A stretch of DNA of 59,004 bases, taken from the NCBI GenBank assembly GCA_041737515.1, contig JBGSRQ010000315.1:1-59004 (forward strand), written 5' to 3'. Made by a program: the position numbers and the translations under genes. Below are positions 22,076 to 32,985 of this stretch, in pieces (the stretch's first letter is position 1; the number at the start of each line of letters is the position of its first letter). The notes beneath the pieces were generated by a model. The model saw only the letters and a program-made list of their open reading frames with translations, was not told where the DNA came from and made no database searches. This DNA comes from Rhodobacterales bacterium (GTDB lineage Bacteria > Pseudomonadota > Alphaproteobacteria > Rhodobacterales > Rhodobacteraceae).

Positions 22076-22852
22076 CTATCTGTCACGGAATTGCGGTTGA
22101 CGCTTTTCCAGAAAGGCTGCCATCCCTTCTTTCTGGTCATCTGTGGCGAAAAGCGCCTGAAACATGCGGCGTTCAAACAGCAGGCCTTCACGCAGCGTCG
22201 TCTCATAGCTCCGGTTGACCGATTCTTTCACGGCCATCACGGTCAGCGCCGATTTCTCGGCAATCTTGCGCGCAGCTTTCAGCGATTCCTCGATCAGAGC
22301 CTTGGCCGGAACGATCCGGCTGACCAGCCCGCAGCGCTCTGCCTCGACCGCGTCCATGGAGCGTCCCGTAAGGTGCATGTCCATCGACTTTGACTTGCCG
22401 ATGAACCGGGTCAGGCGCTGGCTGCCGCCCATTCCCGCCACCACGCCAAGATTGATTTCGGGTTGGCCGAACTTGGCGGTATCGGACGCGATTATGAAAT
22501 CGCACATCATTGCCAACTCGCACCCACCACCCAAGGCATAGCCCGACACCGCCGCAATGATGGGCTTGCGCACCCGCATGATCGCTTCGGCCTCGGCCCC
22601 GAAAAAATCGTCGCCAAACGTGTCGACAAAGGTCTTTTCAGCCATTTCCTTGATGTCAGCCCCGGCGGCGAACGCCTTTTCCGACCCTGTCAGCACGATG
22701 CAGCGCACCTTGTCATTCGCATCCAGATCGGCAAACGCCACACCCAGTTCCTGCATCATCTTCGCGTTCAGCGCGTTCAGCGCATCGGGCCGGTTCAGCC
22801 GGACAAGCGCCACATAATCCTCGACTTCGCAGATCAGCGTTTCATAGGCCAT
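22076..22852 (-). CDS. enoyl-CoA hydratase (crotonase family)
   Basis: 258 aa from ATG 22852 ([28 protein letters not shown]). Oxyanion-hole segments FAAGADI and [12 protein letters not shown]. The upstream 75-codon extension in the ORF track was rejected. Confidence 0.92.
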   Translation of the reverse strand: MAYETLICEVEDYVALVRLNRPDALNALNAKMMQELGVAFADLDANDKVRCIVLTGSEKAFAAGADIKEMAEKTFVDTFGDDFFGAEAEAIMRVRKPIIAAVSGYALGGGCELAMMCDFIIASDTAKFGQPEINLGVVAGMGGSQRLTRFIGKSKSMDMHLTGRSMDAVEAERCGLVSRIVPAKALIEESLKAARKIAEKSALTVMAVKESVNRSYETTLREGLLFERRMFQALFATDDQKEGMAAFLEKRQPQFRDR

Positions 22853-22913
22853 GTGACATTCCCCGGTTACGACAGCAGCAAGGACTCCTAGCACCCTGTG
22901 CCGCGCTTTCAAG

Positions 22914-23765
22914 TCATCTCTGGCAATGCGGGCAGTAGAACGAAGATCGCCCCGACTGAACGATCCGCGTGATCTGCCCCGTGCAGGCCGGGTTCGGGCA
23001 GCCCTCGCCCGCCCGATCGTAGACCCGGAAATTGTGCTGAAAATAACCCAATTCGCCGTCGGTCTGGCGGTAGTCACGCAAGGACGAACCGCCCGCTGTG
23101 ATCGCCTCGGTCAGAACATCGCGGATCAGGGGCACAAGGCTGGCCACGCGCGGTGCGGCAATCTGCCCGGCCCGGCGTTTGGGGCTGATGCCCGCGCGGT
23201 GCAGGACTTCTGACACATAGATGTTGCCAAGCCCCGCCACGATCCGCTGATCCAGCAAGGCGGATTTGATCGGAGTATTGCGCCCCTTCAGGCGGGCGAT
23301 CAGATAGGGTTCATCAAAGGTGTTCCCCAGCGGTTCCGGCCCCAAAGCCGACAACAAGGGATGCGCAACGTCCTGCCCTGCCGCAAAAAGATCCATCGCA
23401 CCGAAACGGCGGGCGTCGTTGAAGGTGACGCGCGCGCCGCCTTCCATATCCAGGACAACATGATCGTGTTTGGCAGGGGCGGGGTGGATCAGGTGAAAGT
23501 CACCCAGCATCTGCCCCGAGATCAGCATCCGCCCCGACATCCCCAGATGCACCAGAAGCGTCTCGCCCGTCGACAGATCGGCGAGGATGTATTTCGACCG
23601 TCGCCGCAAATCCAGCACCCGCGCGCCCGTCAACCGCGCTGCCATGCCAACAGGAAACGGCCAGCGCAGATCGGGTCGGTTCACCTGCGCCAGCGTGATC
23701 AGACGTCCGGTCATCACGGGCTCCAATCCGCGCCGCACGGTTTCAACTTCGGGCAGTTCGGGCAT
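22914..23765 (-). CDS. mutM: formamidopyrimidine-DNA glycosylase
   Basis: Starts [14 protein letters not shown] (catalytic Pro2/Glu3). H2TH region and C-terminal zinc finger CPNPAC...CPHCQ. Confidence 0.95.
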   Translation of the reverse strand: MPELPEVETVRRGLEPVMTGRLITLAQVNRPDLRWPFPVGMAARLTGARVLDLRRRSKYILADLSTGETLLVHLGMSGRMLISGQMLGDFHLIHPAPAKHDHVVLDMEGGARVTFNDARRFGAMDLFAAGQDVAHPLLSALGPEPLGNTFDEPYLIARLKGRNTPIKSALLDQRIVAGLGNIYVSEVLHRAGISPKRRAGQIAAPRVASLVPLIRDVLTEAITAGGSSLRDYRQTDGELGYFQHNFRVYDRAGEGCPNPACTGQITRIVQSGRSSFYCPHCQR

Positions 23766-23853
23766 GTCAACCTTCGCATCTGGACAGTTGGGCGCATTGC
23801 AGCGCCGCGCGCGCGCTCTATAAGGTAGGGCAGCGACAAGGATAGCGAAAGTC

Positions 23854-24606
23854 ATGACAGACAAACCCGACTCAACAACCCATTTCGGCTTTCAGACCGT
23901 GGCCGAGGGCGACAAGGCCGGAATGGTCCACGGCGTCTTTTCCCGCGTCGCGTCACGCTATGATGTGATGAATGATGTAATGAGCGTCGGCATCCACCGG
24001 CTCTGGAAAGACGCAATGATGGATTGGCTGGCACCGCGCGCCGGGCAAAAACTGCTGGATGTGGCAGGCGGCACCGGCGATATCGCGTTTCGCTTCCTGC
24101 GCCGGGCCGAACGCGCACAGGCGGTCGTGCTGGACATGACCGAGGCGATGCTGGTTGAAGGGCGGCAACGTGCCGAAAGCGCGCGGCTGGCCGATCAGCT
24201 TGATTGGGTTGTGGGCGATGCGATGGCGCTGCCCTTCGCCGCCAATTCGTTTGACGTCTATACCATCAGCTTCGGCATCCGCAACGTCACCCGCATTCAG
24301 GATGCGCTGACCGAAGCCTTCCGCGTGCTGCGCCCTGGCGGGCGTTTGATGGTGCTGGAGTTCAGCCAGCTTCCCAACCCGGCGATGCAATGGGCGTACG
24401 ACCGCTATTCGTTCAACGTGATCCCGGTGATGGGGCAGATCGTGGCGGGCGATCGCGACTCCTATCAGTACCTGGTGGAAAGTATCCGCAAGTTCCCCGA
24501 TCAGGAAACCTTCGCCACGATGATCCGCGCGGCGGGGTTTGATCAGGTGAAATTCCGCAACCTCACGATGGGTGTTGCAGCACTTCATTCGGGGTGGAAG
24601 ATCTAG
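23854..24606 (+). CDS. ubiE: ubiquinone/menaquinone biosynthesis C-methyltransferase UbiE
   Basis: 250 aa. FGFQTV..., [12 protein letters not shown] motif LDVAGGTGD. Confidence 0.93.
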   Translation: MTDKPDSTTHFGFQTVAEGDKAGMVHGVFSRVASRYDVMNDVMSVGIHRLWKDAMMDWLAPRAGQKLLDVAGGTGDIAFRFLRRAERAQAVVLDMTEAMLVEGRQRAESARLADQLDWVVGDAMALPFAANSFDVYTISFGIRNVTRIQDALTEAFRVLRPGGRLMVLEFSQLPNPAMQWAYDRYSFNVIPVMGQIVAGDRDSYQYLVESIRKFPDQETFATMIRAAGFDQVKFRNLTMGVAALHSGWKI

Positions 24607-26136
24607 GTGCGCGGCCCGCACAACATCATCCGGCTGGTGCGCACCCTTGCCACGCTGGAGCGGACGGGAGGCATCGGCGTTGTGCTGGATGCATTTCATG
24701 CCACGCCGCGGCTGCGGTTGGTGGCGCATGTTCTGGGTTGGCCGTTCAAATGGCTGGGCCTGAAGGGCGACCCGGCCCTACCCCCTGCGACGCGTGCGCT
24801 GACCGCACTTGGCCCCGCTTATATCAAGTTCGGGCAGGTGCTTTCGACCCGGCCCGACATTGTCGGCGACGAGTTGGCGCTGCAACTGAAGTATCTTCAG
24901 GACAAGCTGCCACCCTTCCCCATCGCCGTCGCCAAGCAGATGATCGAGGCCGAATTGATGGTGCCCGTCGATCAGATTTTTTCCGAGTTTTCCGAACCCG
25001 TGGCCGCCGCCTCCATCGCACAGGTCCACAAGGCGCGGCTGACACACAATGGCCAGCAAGTGGCGGTAAAGGTGCTGCGCCCCAACATCGAGCGTGCCTT
25101 TCGCAAGGATATCGACGCCTTCTATCTTGCCGCCCGGATCATCGAACTTCTGGCCCCCGCCGCGCGACGTCTGCGCCCGATGGAGGTGATCACGCATTTC
25201 GAAGGCGTGGTCCTGCAAGAGCTTGATTTGCGGCTTGAATCGGCGGCGGCGGGTGAGTTTGCCGCCAACACCGAAAAAGACGCAGGTTTTCAGGTGCCAT
25301 CAGTGGTGTGGGATTATTCGGGCCGTCAGGTGATGACGCTGGAATGGGCCGAAGGCACCAACATGGCCGATAATCTTGCCATTGATGCCGCAGGTCACGA
25401 CCGCCGCGTTCTGGGCGCGCGGGTATTGCAACTGTTCCTCAGCCACGCTTTGCGCGACGGCTATTTCCATGCCGACATGCACCAGGGCAACCTCAAGGTT
25501 GCGGCGAACGGCAACATCATCGCCTATGATTTCGGCATCATGGGGCGGCTGGATGAATACACCCGCCGCGTCTATGCCGAAATTCTGTTCGGTTTCATCC
25601 GCAAGGATTACCGCCGCGTCGCCGAGGTTCATTTCGAGGCGGGCTATGTTCCCGCCGATCGCGACATCGACGAATTTGCCCGCGCCCTGCGGGTGGTCGG
25701 CGAGCCGATCTTTGGCATGGATGCCAGCCGGATTTCGATGGCGCGGTTGCTGAGCTATCTGTTCGAGGTGACGGAGCGGTTTGGAATGGAAACCCGCACC
25801 GAACTTATCCTTTTGCAGCGCACGATGGTTGTGGTTGAAGGCGTGGCGCGCAGCCTTGATCCCCATATCAATATCTGGCAGGTCGCGCGGCCCATTGTTG
25901 AGGGTTATATCAAGGAAAACATCGGTCCCAAGGCGCTGTTGCGTGACCTTGGCAAAGCCGCGCTGGTTCTGGCCCGGTTTGCTCCGAAACTTCCGGGTCT
26001 GATGGAAGAACAACTGATCCGTCAAAGCGAAAAACCGGTTCCAATCGTGATCCGGCGGCCGACGCATCCGTTGATCTGGATGGCGGCTGGTGCGGGTCTG
26101 CTTGCGGCGGGCATCTGGCTCGACAAGCTCATTTAA
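24607..26136 (+). CDS. ubiB: UbiB (ABC1 atypical kinase-like ubiquinone biosynthesis protein)
   Basis: 509 aa. ABC1 motifs AAASIAQVH, VAVKVLRP, HADMHQGNL, plus a C-terminal TM segment. GTG start directly abuts the ubiE stop (TAG GTG). Confidence 0.9.
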   Translation: MRGPHNIIRLVRTLATLERTGGIGVVLDAFHATPRLRLVAHVLGWPFKWLGLKGDPALPPATRALTALGPAYIKFGQVLSTRPDIVGDELALQLKYLQDKLPPFPIAVAKQMIEAELMVPVDQIFSEFSEPVAAASIAQVHKARLTHNGQQVAVKVLRPNIERAFRKDIDAFYLAARIIELLAPAARRLRPMEVITHFEGVVLQELDLRLESAAAGEFAANTEKDAGFQVPSVVWDYSGRQVMTLEWAEGTNMADNLAIDAAGHDRRVLGARVLQLFLSHALRDGYFHADMHQGNLKVAANGNIIAYDFGIMGRLDEYTRRVYAEILFGFIRKDYRRVAEVHFEAGYVPADRDIDEFARALRVVGEPIFGMDASRISMARLLSYLFEVTERFGMETRTELILLQRTMVVVEGVARSLDPHINIWQVARPIVEGYIKENIGPKALLRDLGKAALVLARFAPKLPGLMEEQLIRQSEKPVPIVIRRPTHPLIWMAAGAGLLAAGIWLDKLI

Positions 26137-26190
26137 GGTGCATGCGCGGCGGCGGGCGTCGAGCAGCCGCCTAATAAAGCAGCGCCGCGC

Positions 26191-26220
26191 TTGACAGGCC
26201 CCTGTTTTCAACGCCCTAAT
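26191..26220 (+). promoter_or_regulatory. candidate sigma70-type promoter for the ABC transporter operon
   Basis: TTGACA (26191-26196), 18-nt spacer, CCTAAT (26215-26220), about 60 nt upstream of the ATG. Confidence 0.3.
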
Positions 26221-26282
26221 CCTTGGATGCGACGCGGCGTACCCGCGCGAATAATCATAAAATTCCAGCAAGGAGCGAACGC

Positions 26283-27878
26283 ATGTTCTTGAAGACGAAA
26301 CTGTTTGCAGCAGCGGCCATTGCCGCGCTGCTGGTCACGTCACCGATGCAGGTGATGGCCGAAACGCCGCCCGATACCTTCATTCAGGCTTGGACCCTAG
26401 ACGACATGATCAGCCTTGATCCGGCCGAAGTGTTCGAGTTTTCCGCCTCGGAAATCCTTGGCAACAGCTACGAGCCGATCATCGGTTATGATCTTAACGA
26501 TGTCTCCAATATCTTCGGCGTTGTCGCCGATTCCTGGACTCTTTCCGAAGACGGCAAGACCATGTCGTTTACTGTGAAACAGGGCAAGAAATTTGCATCC
26601 GGCAATGACATGGCCGCCGATGATGTGGTGTTCAGTCTGGTTCGCGCCGTCAAACTGGACAAATCGCCTGCGTTCATTCTGGGCCAGTTCGGCCTGACAC
26701 CCGACAACGTCGAAACCATGGTCAAGCAGACCGGCGACTACAGCTTTGATCTGACGATGGATCAGGCCTATGCGCCGACGTTCCTCTTGTATTGTCTGAC
26801 CGCGACCGTGGCGATGGTCGTCGACAAGGACCTTGTGATGGAACACGAGGCAGACGGCGATTACGGCTACAACTGGCTGAAGACCAACTATGCAGGCTCT
26901 GGCCCCTTCACCATCCGCGAATGGCGCGCCAACGAGTCCGTCGTAATGGAACGCAACGACAATTACAGCGGTGAAAAGCCCACCCTTGCCCGCGCCATCT
27001 ATCGCCACATCCCCGAAGCCGCGACGCAGCGCCTTCTGCTGGAAAAGGGTGACATCGACGCAGCTCGTGATCTTCTGCCCGAGGAGATCGAGGCCTTGTC
27101 GAAGAACCCCGATATCCAGATTGCGTCCGGAATCAAAGGCACGATCTTCTATCTTGCGCTGAACCAGAAGAACGAGTTCCTGGCCAAGCCCGAAGTGCGC
27201 GAGGCGATGAAATACCTGATCGATTATCAGGCTATTGCCGACACGATCGTCAAAGGCAAGATGGAGGTGCACCAAACCTTCCTGCCCAAGGGCTTTTTGG
27301 GCGAACTGGACAGCAACCCCTATTCACTGAACGTCGAAAAGGCCAAGGAACTGCTCGCCGCCGCCGGTCTGCCCGATGGCTTCACCGTCACGATGGATAC
27401 CCGCAACACGCCTGACGTGACGGCCATCGCACTGGCCGTTCAGCAGACCATGGCGCAAGCCGGCATCAAGCTGGAAATCATCCCTGGCGATGGTGGCCAG
27501 ACGCTGGAGAAATACCGCGCCCGCACACATGACATCTATATCGGCAACTGGGGCCCCGACTATCAGGACCCGCACACCAACGCGACCTTTGCGCGCAACC
27601 CCGACAACAGCGACGATGCGGCAGCCAAGCCCCTGGCATGGCGCAACGCGTGGGACATTCCGGAAATGACTGCCAAAGCCGACGCCGCCGTGCTGGAGCG
27701 TGATGCCGAAAAACGGGCCGTGACCTACCGCGACCTTCAGGCCGAGCATCAGAAGGTGTCGCCTTTTGTCATCATGTTCCAGGAAACCGAAGTGGCCGCC
27801 CTGCGCGCGAACGTGAAGGGTTATCTGTTCGGGCCGTCGTTCAATGACAACACATTCCGCTTCGTCACCAAGGAATGA
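26283..27878 (+). CDS. ABC transporter substrate-binding protein, family 5 (peptide/nickel/opine type)
   Basis: ATG 26283 preceded by AAGGAG. Signal peptide MFLKTKLFAAAAIAALLVTSPMQVMA. About 530 aa mature SBP_bac_5-like protein. Confidence 0.88.
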   Translation: MFLKTKLFAAAAIAALLVTSPMQVMAETPPDTFIQAWTLDDMISLDPAEVFEFSASEILGNSYEPIIGYDLNDVSNIFGVVADSWTLSEDGKTMSFTVKQGKKFASGNDMAADDVVFSLVRAVKLDKSPAFILGQFGLTPDNVETMVKQTGDYSFDLTMDQAYAPTFLLYCLTATVAMVVDKDLVMEHEADGDYGYNWLKTNYAGSGPFTIREWRANESVVMERNDNYSGEKPTLARAIYRHIPEAATQRLLLEKGDIDAARDLLPEEIEALSKNPDIQIASGIKGTIFYLALNQKNEFLAKPEVREAMKYLIDYQAIADTIVKGKMEVHQTFLPKGFLGELDSNPYSLNVEKAKELLAAAGLPDGFTVTMDTRNTPDVTAIALAVQQTMAQAGIKLEIIPGDGGQTLEKYRARTHDIYIGNWGPDYQDPHTNATFARNPDNSDDAAAKPLAWRNAWDIPEMTAKADAAVLERDAEKRAVTYRDLQAEHQKVSPFVIMFQETEVAALRANVKGYLFGPSFNDNTFRFVTKE

Positions 27879-28942
27879 CCGACACGCCGATCTCCGGGGC
27901 TGGGCCAAGTGCGCTGCCCCGTTTTCTGTCCAAAACGGCAAAGCTGGCGGCCACACTGGCCGTCACCTTTCTGGGGTTGCTTCTGATCACCTTTCTGATC
28001 AGCCATGTCATAAGCGTTGATCCGGTTCTTGCGGTCGTGGGCGACCGCGCCAGCAAGGCCACCTATGACAAGATGTTTCTGGAGATGGGTCTGGACAAAC
28101 CGCTTTACGAGCAGTTTTTGATCTACGTCCAAAAGGTTCTGTCCGGCAATTTCGGCAATTCCTTTCTGACCAAAAAGCCGGTTCTGGGCGATCTGGCCCG
28201 CGCCTTTCCTGCCACGCTGGAGCTTGCCACGGTTGCAATTCTGATCGGCACCCTGTTCGGAGTGCCGCTTGGCGTGTTGTCTGCCGTCAAAGAGGGCAAG
28301 CTGGTGGATCAGGTGGTCCGCATCGTTGGCCTTGTCGGCTATTCCGCGCCGATCTTCTGGCTTGGCCTTCTGGGCCTGTTGATCTTTTACGCGCAGCTTG
28401 GCTGGATTTCCGGGCCAGGGCGCATTGACATAAGCTACGAATACTCGATCCGCCCGGCGACCGGGCTGTTGCTGCTCGACAGCGCGATGCAAGGCGAGTG
28501 GGCGGCGTTCGGGAATGCGTTTTCACACATCATTCTGCCCGCGTCGCTGCTTGGCTATTACTCGCTGGCCTATATCAGCCGGATGACGCGCAGCTTCATG
28601 CTGACCGAATTATCGCAGGAATACATCGTGACCGCGCGGGTCAAGGGCGTGTCCGAGGCGCGGATCATCTGGGTCCATGCCCTGCGCAACGCGGCCGTGC
28701 CGTTAGTGACGGTGATCGCGCTCAGCTATGCCGGACTGCTGGAAGGGTCGGTGCTGACCGAAACGGTTTTCGCATGGCCGGGTCTGGGGCTTTATCTGAC
28801 CAACAGCCTTCAAGTCGCCGACATGAACGCGGTGCTGGGTGGCACGCTGCTGATCGGTGCGATCTTCATCGGGCTGAACCTTTTGTCCGACGTGCTTTAC
28901 ACGCTGCTTGATCCGCGCGTGCGCCGTGGGGCCGACGCATGA
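27875..28942 (+). CDS. ABC transporter permease (DppB/OppB-like)
   Basis: 355 aa, multi-pass, EAA-type loop region. ATGA overlap with the SBP gene. Confidence 0.88.
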   Translation: MTDTPISGAGPSALPRFLSKTAKLAATLAVTFLGLLLITFLISHVISVDPVLAVVGDRASKATYDKMFLEMGLDKPLYEQFLIYVQKVLSGNFGNSFLTKKPVLGDLARAFPATLELATVAILIGTLFGVPLGVLSAVKEGKLVDQVVRIVGLVGYSAPIFWLGLLGLLIFYAQLGWISGPGRIDISYEYSIRPATGLLLLDSAMQGEWAAFGNAFSHIILPASLLGYYSLAYISRMTRSFMLTELSQEYIVTARVKGVSEARIIWVHALRNAAVPLVTVIALSYAGLLEGSVLTETVFAWPGLGLYLTNSLQVADMNAVLGGTLLIGAIFIGLNLLSDVLYTLLDPRVRRGADA

Positions 28943-29850
28943 CCACGATGACCCGCCGCGAATGGCTGCTGTCTGATGCGCCCAATTCCCGCGCGCAGGC
29001 ACGCTGGGGGCAGATGTATCGCACCTGGGTTGCATTGAAGGCAAACAAGCTGGCGATGGTGGGGCTTTCCATCATTGTCGTGCTGGTTCTGATGGCAATT
29101 TTCGCGCCGATTCTGGCCCCGTATGATCCGATCCTGAGCGGCAATATCCGCACCGAGCGGTTGTTGCCGCCATCATGGGATCATTGGATGGGCACCGATG
29201 ATCAGGCTTTCGACATATGGTCGCGCATCGTCTACGGCGCGCGGCTCACCTTGCTGGTGGTGGCGCTGGTGGCCTTGATCGCCACGCCCATCGGCCTTTT
29301 GTTCGGCACAGCAGCGGGTTATTTCGGCGGCTGGATTGATGTCGTGCTGATGCGGATCACCGATATCTTTCTGGCCTTCCCGCGCCTGATTCTCGCGCTC
29401 GCCTTCGTATCCGCGCTTGGGCCGGGGATCGAGAACGCCATCATCGCCATTGCCATCACCTCGTGGCCACCCTACGCCCGGCTGGCCCGCGCCGAAACCC
29501 TGACCATACGCGAAAGCGATTTCATTGCGGCTGCGCGGCTACAGGGGGCATCGTCATGGCGCATCTTGTGGGGACATGTGACACCATTGTGCCTGTCATC
29601 GGTGATCGTGCGGGTCACGCTGGATATGGCGGGCATCATCCTGACCGCCGCCGGTTTAGGCTTTCTGGGCCTTGGCGCGCGGCCACCGCAGCCCGAATGG
29701 GGGGCCATGATCGCGGGCGGGCGGCGGTTCATCATTGATTACTGGTGGGTTGCCACAATGCCGGGGGCCGCGATTTTCATCGTGTCGCTGGGGTTCAATC
29801 TGCTGGGTGACGGATTGCGCGACGTGCTTGACCCAAAGGCCCGCAAGTGA
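28939..29850 (+). CDS. ABC transporter permease (DppC/OppC-like)
   Basis: 303 aa, multi-pass. 4-nt overlap with the preceding gene. Confidence 0.88.
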   Translation: MTTMTRREWLLSDAPNSRAQARWGQMYRTWVALKANKLAMVGLSIIVVLVLMAIFAPILAPYDPILSGNIRTERLLPPSWDHWMGTDDQAFDIWSRIVYGARLTLLVVALVALIATPIGLLFGTAAGYFGGWIDVVLMRITDIFLAFPRLILALAFVSALGPGIENAIIAIAITSWPPYARLARAETLTIRESDFIAAARLQGASSWRILWGHVTPLCLSSVIVRVTLDMAGIILTAAGLGFLGLGARPPQPEWGAMIAGGRRFIIDYWWVATMPGAAIFIVSLGFNLLGDGLRDVLDPKARK

Positions 29851-30671
29851 CCCTGCTGAGTGTGAAAAACCTGCGCGTCACCTTCCCCACGCGGCAAGGC
29901 CCGGTCGATGTGGTGCGCGGCGTGTCGTTCGATCTGGGGCGCGAGCGGCTGGGCATCGTGGGCGAAAGCGGATCTGGCAAATCACAGACCGGGCGTGCGA
30001 TTCTTGGCCTGACACCCAGTCCCGGCAAGGTGGCGGCAGATGTGCTCAGCTTTGACGGCATTGATCTGCGCAACGCCGATGCGCGGCTCTGGAGATCGCT
30101 GCGCGGGGTGCGGATGTCGATGGTGATGCAGGACCCCAAGTTTTCTCTGAACCCGGTGATGACCATTGGGCGGCAGTTGATAGAGGCCGGGCGCCGCACC
30201 GTCAGCAAACCGCAGGCCAAGGCTGCTGCCATGGCCATGCTGGAGGCCGTTCAGATTCGCGACCCCAAGCGCGTGTTCAGCGCCTATCCGCATGAGCTTT
30301 CGGGAGGTATGGGCCAGCGCGCGATGATTGCAATGATGCTGATCACCGAGCCCGACCTTCTGATCGCAGATGAGCCGACCTCGGCATTGGACGTTACCGT
30401 GCAGATCGAGGTTCTGCGTATTCTGGACCGTCTTGTGACCGACCGTGGCATGGGCCTGATCTTCATCAGCCATGATCTGCGACTGGTCAGCTCGTTCTGC
30501 GACCGCGTGCTGGTGATGTATGCCGGGCGCATCGTCGAAGAGGTAAAGGCATCGGACCTGGGGCAGGCGCAACACCCCTACACGCAAGGTCTTTTGCGTT
30601 GTCTGCCGCAGATCGAAGGCGGCGCGCGGCCCCTGCCGACCTTGCAGCGCGATGCAGAGTGGGCGCGCTGA
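29847..30671 (+). CDS. ABC transporter ATP-binding protein (DppD-like)
   Basis: Walker A GESGSGKS, signature LSGGMGQR, Walker B LLIADEPT. Confidence 0.92.
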   Translation: MTLLSVKNLRVTFPTRQGPVDVVRGVSFDLGRERLGIVGESGSGKSQTGRAILGLTPSPGKVAADVLSFDGIDLRNADARLWRSLRGVRMSMVMQDPKFSLNPVMTIGRQLIEAGRRTVSKPQAKAAAMAMLEAVQIRDPKRVFSAYPHELSGGMGQRAMIAMMLITEPDLLIADEPTSALDVTVQIEVLRILDRLVTDRGMGLIFISHDLRLVSSFCDRVLVMYAGRIVEEVKASDLGQAQHPYTQGLLRCLPQIEGGARPLPTLQRDAEWAR

Positions 30672-31465
30672 TGGGGCTGATTGATATTCAGGCGCTGGAA
30701 GTGACATTCACAGGAGGTGCCGCGCCGGTGCGGGCCGTGCGGGGGCTGACGCTTTCTGTCAACGAAGGGGAAAGCTACGGCATTGTCGGCGAAAGCGGGT
30801 CGGGGAAATCGACGGTCCTGCGGGCGATTTGCGGGCTTGCCCCGACTTCGGGCGGAGTTATTTCAGTGGATGGCACAGCACTGAGCCGCCCCCGCACCCC
30901 GGATTTTTACCGCCGGGTGCAGATGGTGTTTCAGGACCCCTACGCTTCGCTGCATCCGCGCCATACGGTGGACCGGGTGCTGGCCGAACCCTTGGCGATT
31001 CATGGGTTCACCGATGCCGAACGCCGGATCGAAACCGCGCTGACGGATGTCGGCCTTGGCACAGGTTTCCGCTTTCGCTATCCGCACCAGCTTTCGGGCG
31101 GCCAGCGCCAGCGCGTGGCGATTGCCCGCGCGCTTATTCTGGAGCCGAGGGTGTTGTTGCTGGACGAGCCGACCTCGGCGCTTGATGCCTCGATTCAGGC
31201 CGAGGTGCTGAACCTTCTGGACCGCCTGCGAGGCGAGCGCGGCCTGACCTATGTGCTGGTCAGTCACGATCTTGCAGTCGTCGCGCACATGTGCGAACGG
31301 CTGACCGTCATGCAGCACGGGCTGGCGGTGGAGGAGTTGACTCGGGCCGACCTGCAAGCACGCCGGGCGCAAATGGATTATACCCGCGCGCTTTTGGCGG
31401 CGTCGGAGGGTTACCGCGCCAACGACCCGATGGAAGCAAGTTCCAGTTCCGCCGCGCGGGCATAA
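30671..31465 (+). CDS. ABC transporter ATP-binding protein (DppF-like)
   Basis: ATG 30671 overlaps the previous stop by 1 nt (TGATG). Walker A GESGSGKS, signature LSGGQRQR, Walker B LLLDEPT. Confidence 0.92.
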   Translation: MGLIDIQALEVTFTGGAAPVRAVRGLTLSVNEGESYGIVGESGSGKSTVLRAICGLAPTSGGVISVDGTALSRPRTPDFYRRVQMVFQDPYASLHPRHTVDRVLAEPLAIHGFTDAERRIETALTDVGLGTGFRFRYPHQLSGGQRQRVAIARALILEPRVLLLDEPTSALDASIQAEVLNLLDRLRGERGLTYVLVSHDLAVVAHMCERLTVMQHGLAVEELTRADLQARRAQMDYTRALLAASEGYRANDPMEASSSSAARA

Positions 31466-32265
31466 TCGGCTGCCCCGCGTGCGGCCTTCCACAGGCAATG
31501 CGCTGCCATGCGCCAATGCAGGATGGGAGCATAGGCACGATATCGCGCGACAGTTGCGGCATCGGGATAGGCCAACAGAAAATCTGCCGTTTCGGCCTTT
31601 GTCAGAACCGCGCCCCGATAAAGCCATTGCATCGCCGGCGACAGAAACGCCGCAATATCCTCGATCGGGTCACCCAGGGCAGGGCATTGCCAGTCAATCA
31701 GGATCAGGCTTTTTGCGCTCTCGATGATATTGCCGGGCACAGCATCGCCGTGCAGCAGCGATCGGGATGCCTGAAATGAGATGCCGGGATTTGGCGGCGG
31801 CGGTGGCAGATCACCAAGGCAATCCGCGGTCATGCTGATAGCCGCCGCAATCAGACCATCGCCTGACATCGGCAGATTGCGGAAACTGTCGGCCAGGACG
31901 GGGGTCCTATGAACCCGGTTCAAAATCCGGGCAACCGACGCCACATCCGTCGACCAGACGGGGCCGGCGACATGGTCGTACGCGATCCATCCAGCACCCT
32001 GCGCGCGCAATGCGGGCGCAAGGTTCAAGGGTGCGCAAAGCCGCAAGGCCCTTGCCTCTGCCGCCGGATCGTTAGGGAAAAGCGGACTTTGCGCGCCCGC
32101 ATCAAAAGCCTTCACAACCAAGGCGCCAACACGCCACACAAGGTTGCTGCGGCCGCCAGAAAGCAACAGCCAGTCGTGGTTCGCAAGATCAGGCAGCCGG
32201 TCCAGAACCTCGAACCGCAACCGGGCGGATGGACCTGTGACGGGCGCAGTTTGGCTGAAGATCAT
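31411..32265 (-). CDS. phosphotransferase (APH/choline-kinase-like) family protein
   Basis: 284 aa. Catalytic-loop-like LLHGDAVPGNII and LIDWQCPALGDPIEDIA (Brenner/DxD-type motifs). Substrate unknown. Confidence 0.7.
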   Translation of the reverse strand: MIFSQTAPVTGPSARLRFEVLDRLPDLANHDWLLLSGGRSNLVWRVGALVVKAFDAGAQSPLFPNDPAAEARALRLCAPLNLAPALRAQGAGWIAYDHVAGPVWSTDVASVARILNRVHRTPVLADSFRNLPMSGDGLIAAAISMTADCLGDLPPPPPNPGISFQASRSLLHGDAVPGNIIESAKSLILIDWQCPALGDPIEDIAAFLSPAMQWLYRGAVLTKAETADFLLAYPDAATVARYRAYAPILHWRMAAHCLWKAARGAADYARAAELELASIGSLAR

Positions 32266-32319
32266 GCCCCTAGGCCTAGCCGTATTTCACGGCTTTGCAC
32301 AGGGCCTGCCGCACGGGCC

Positions 32320-32973
32320 CTAGCTGCGCAGCGCTGTCACATCTGCGGCACGGATTTCGGCACCGCCCTCAAGCACGAGCGTCGTGCCCCCCGGACCACC
32401 GCGCACTTCGGTAATGCGGGCGTAAGCCTCAACTGGGGTTGTCGACAGAAGCTCTTGCCCGGAATAGCTTTCCAACTGGAAACTGTAGGTGCCAGGCGGC
32501 AGAGGCTGGCCCTGTGCATCAAGCGGCTGCCAGTTTACGGACGCGCGGGAGACTGGCAGTTCTTCACGGGCAACAAGCGTGCCAAGGCTGTCATAAATGC
32601 CCAGAATGGTGCGGTCCGCCCCTGTTGCGGGCTTTGGCGACAGTGTGACGGGATCGGTTTCCACCCGGACAGGTGCAGCACTCAGCGCCTCGCGTCCGAC
32701 CCAGCTTGCCAGTTGCGCCATGCCCATCAATCCGAATTCCGAACCCAGATTGCCAAGAAGTTCGTTGGTTTTCGTCTGCTGTTCCACCTGCGAAAATGTG
32801 GCCAGTTGAACCGCATAATCCGCCGAATCAATTGGCTTGAGGGGGTCTTGGTTCTTCAGCTGGGTCGTCAGCATCAACAAGAACGTGTCGAAATCCGAGC
32901 TGATTGCCGATTTCGCCTTGTCGGGCGAAACCGTCGGCTGCGTCGTTGCGGCAAGGGTCTGGGTGATTTCCAA
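32320..32973 (-). CDS. flgD: flagellar hook capping/assembly protein FlgD
   Basis: 217 aa. FLLMLTTQLKNQDPLKPIDSADYAVQLATFSQVEQ is the FlgD signature region. Confidence 0.92.
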   Translation of the reverse strand: MEITQTLAATTQPTVSPDKAKSAISSDFDTFLLMLTTQLKNQDPLKPIDSADYAVQLATFSQVEQQTKTNELLGNLGSEFGLMGMAQLASWVGREALSAAPVRVETDPVTLSPKPATGADRTILGIYDSLGTLVAREELPVSRASVNWQPLDAQGQPLPPGTYSFQLESYSGQELLSTTPVEAYARITEVRGGPGGTTLVLEGGAEIRAADVTALRS

Positions 32974-32985
32974 GTCAAAGTCCTT

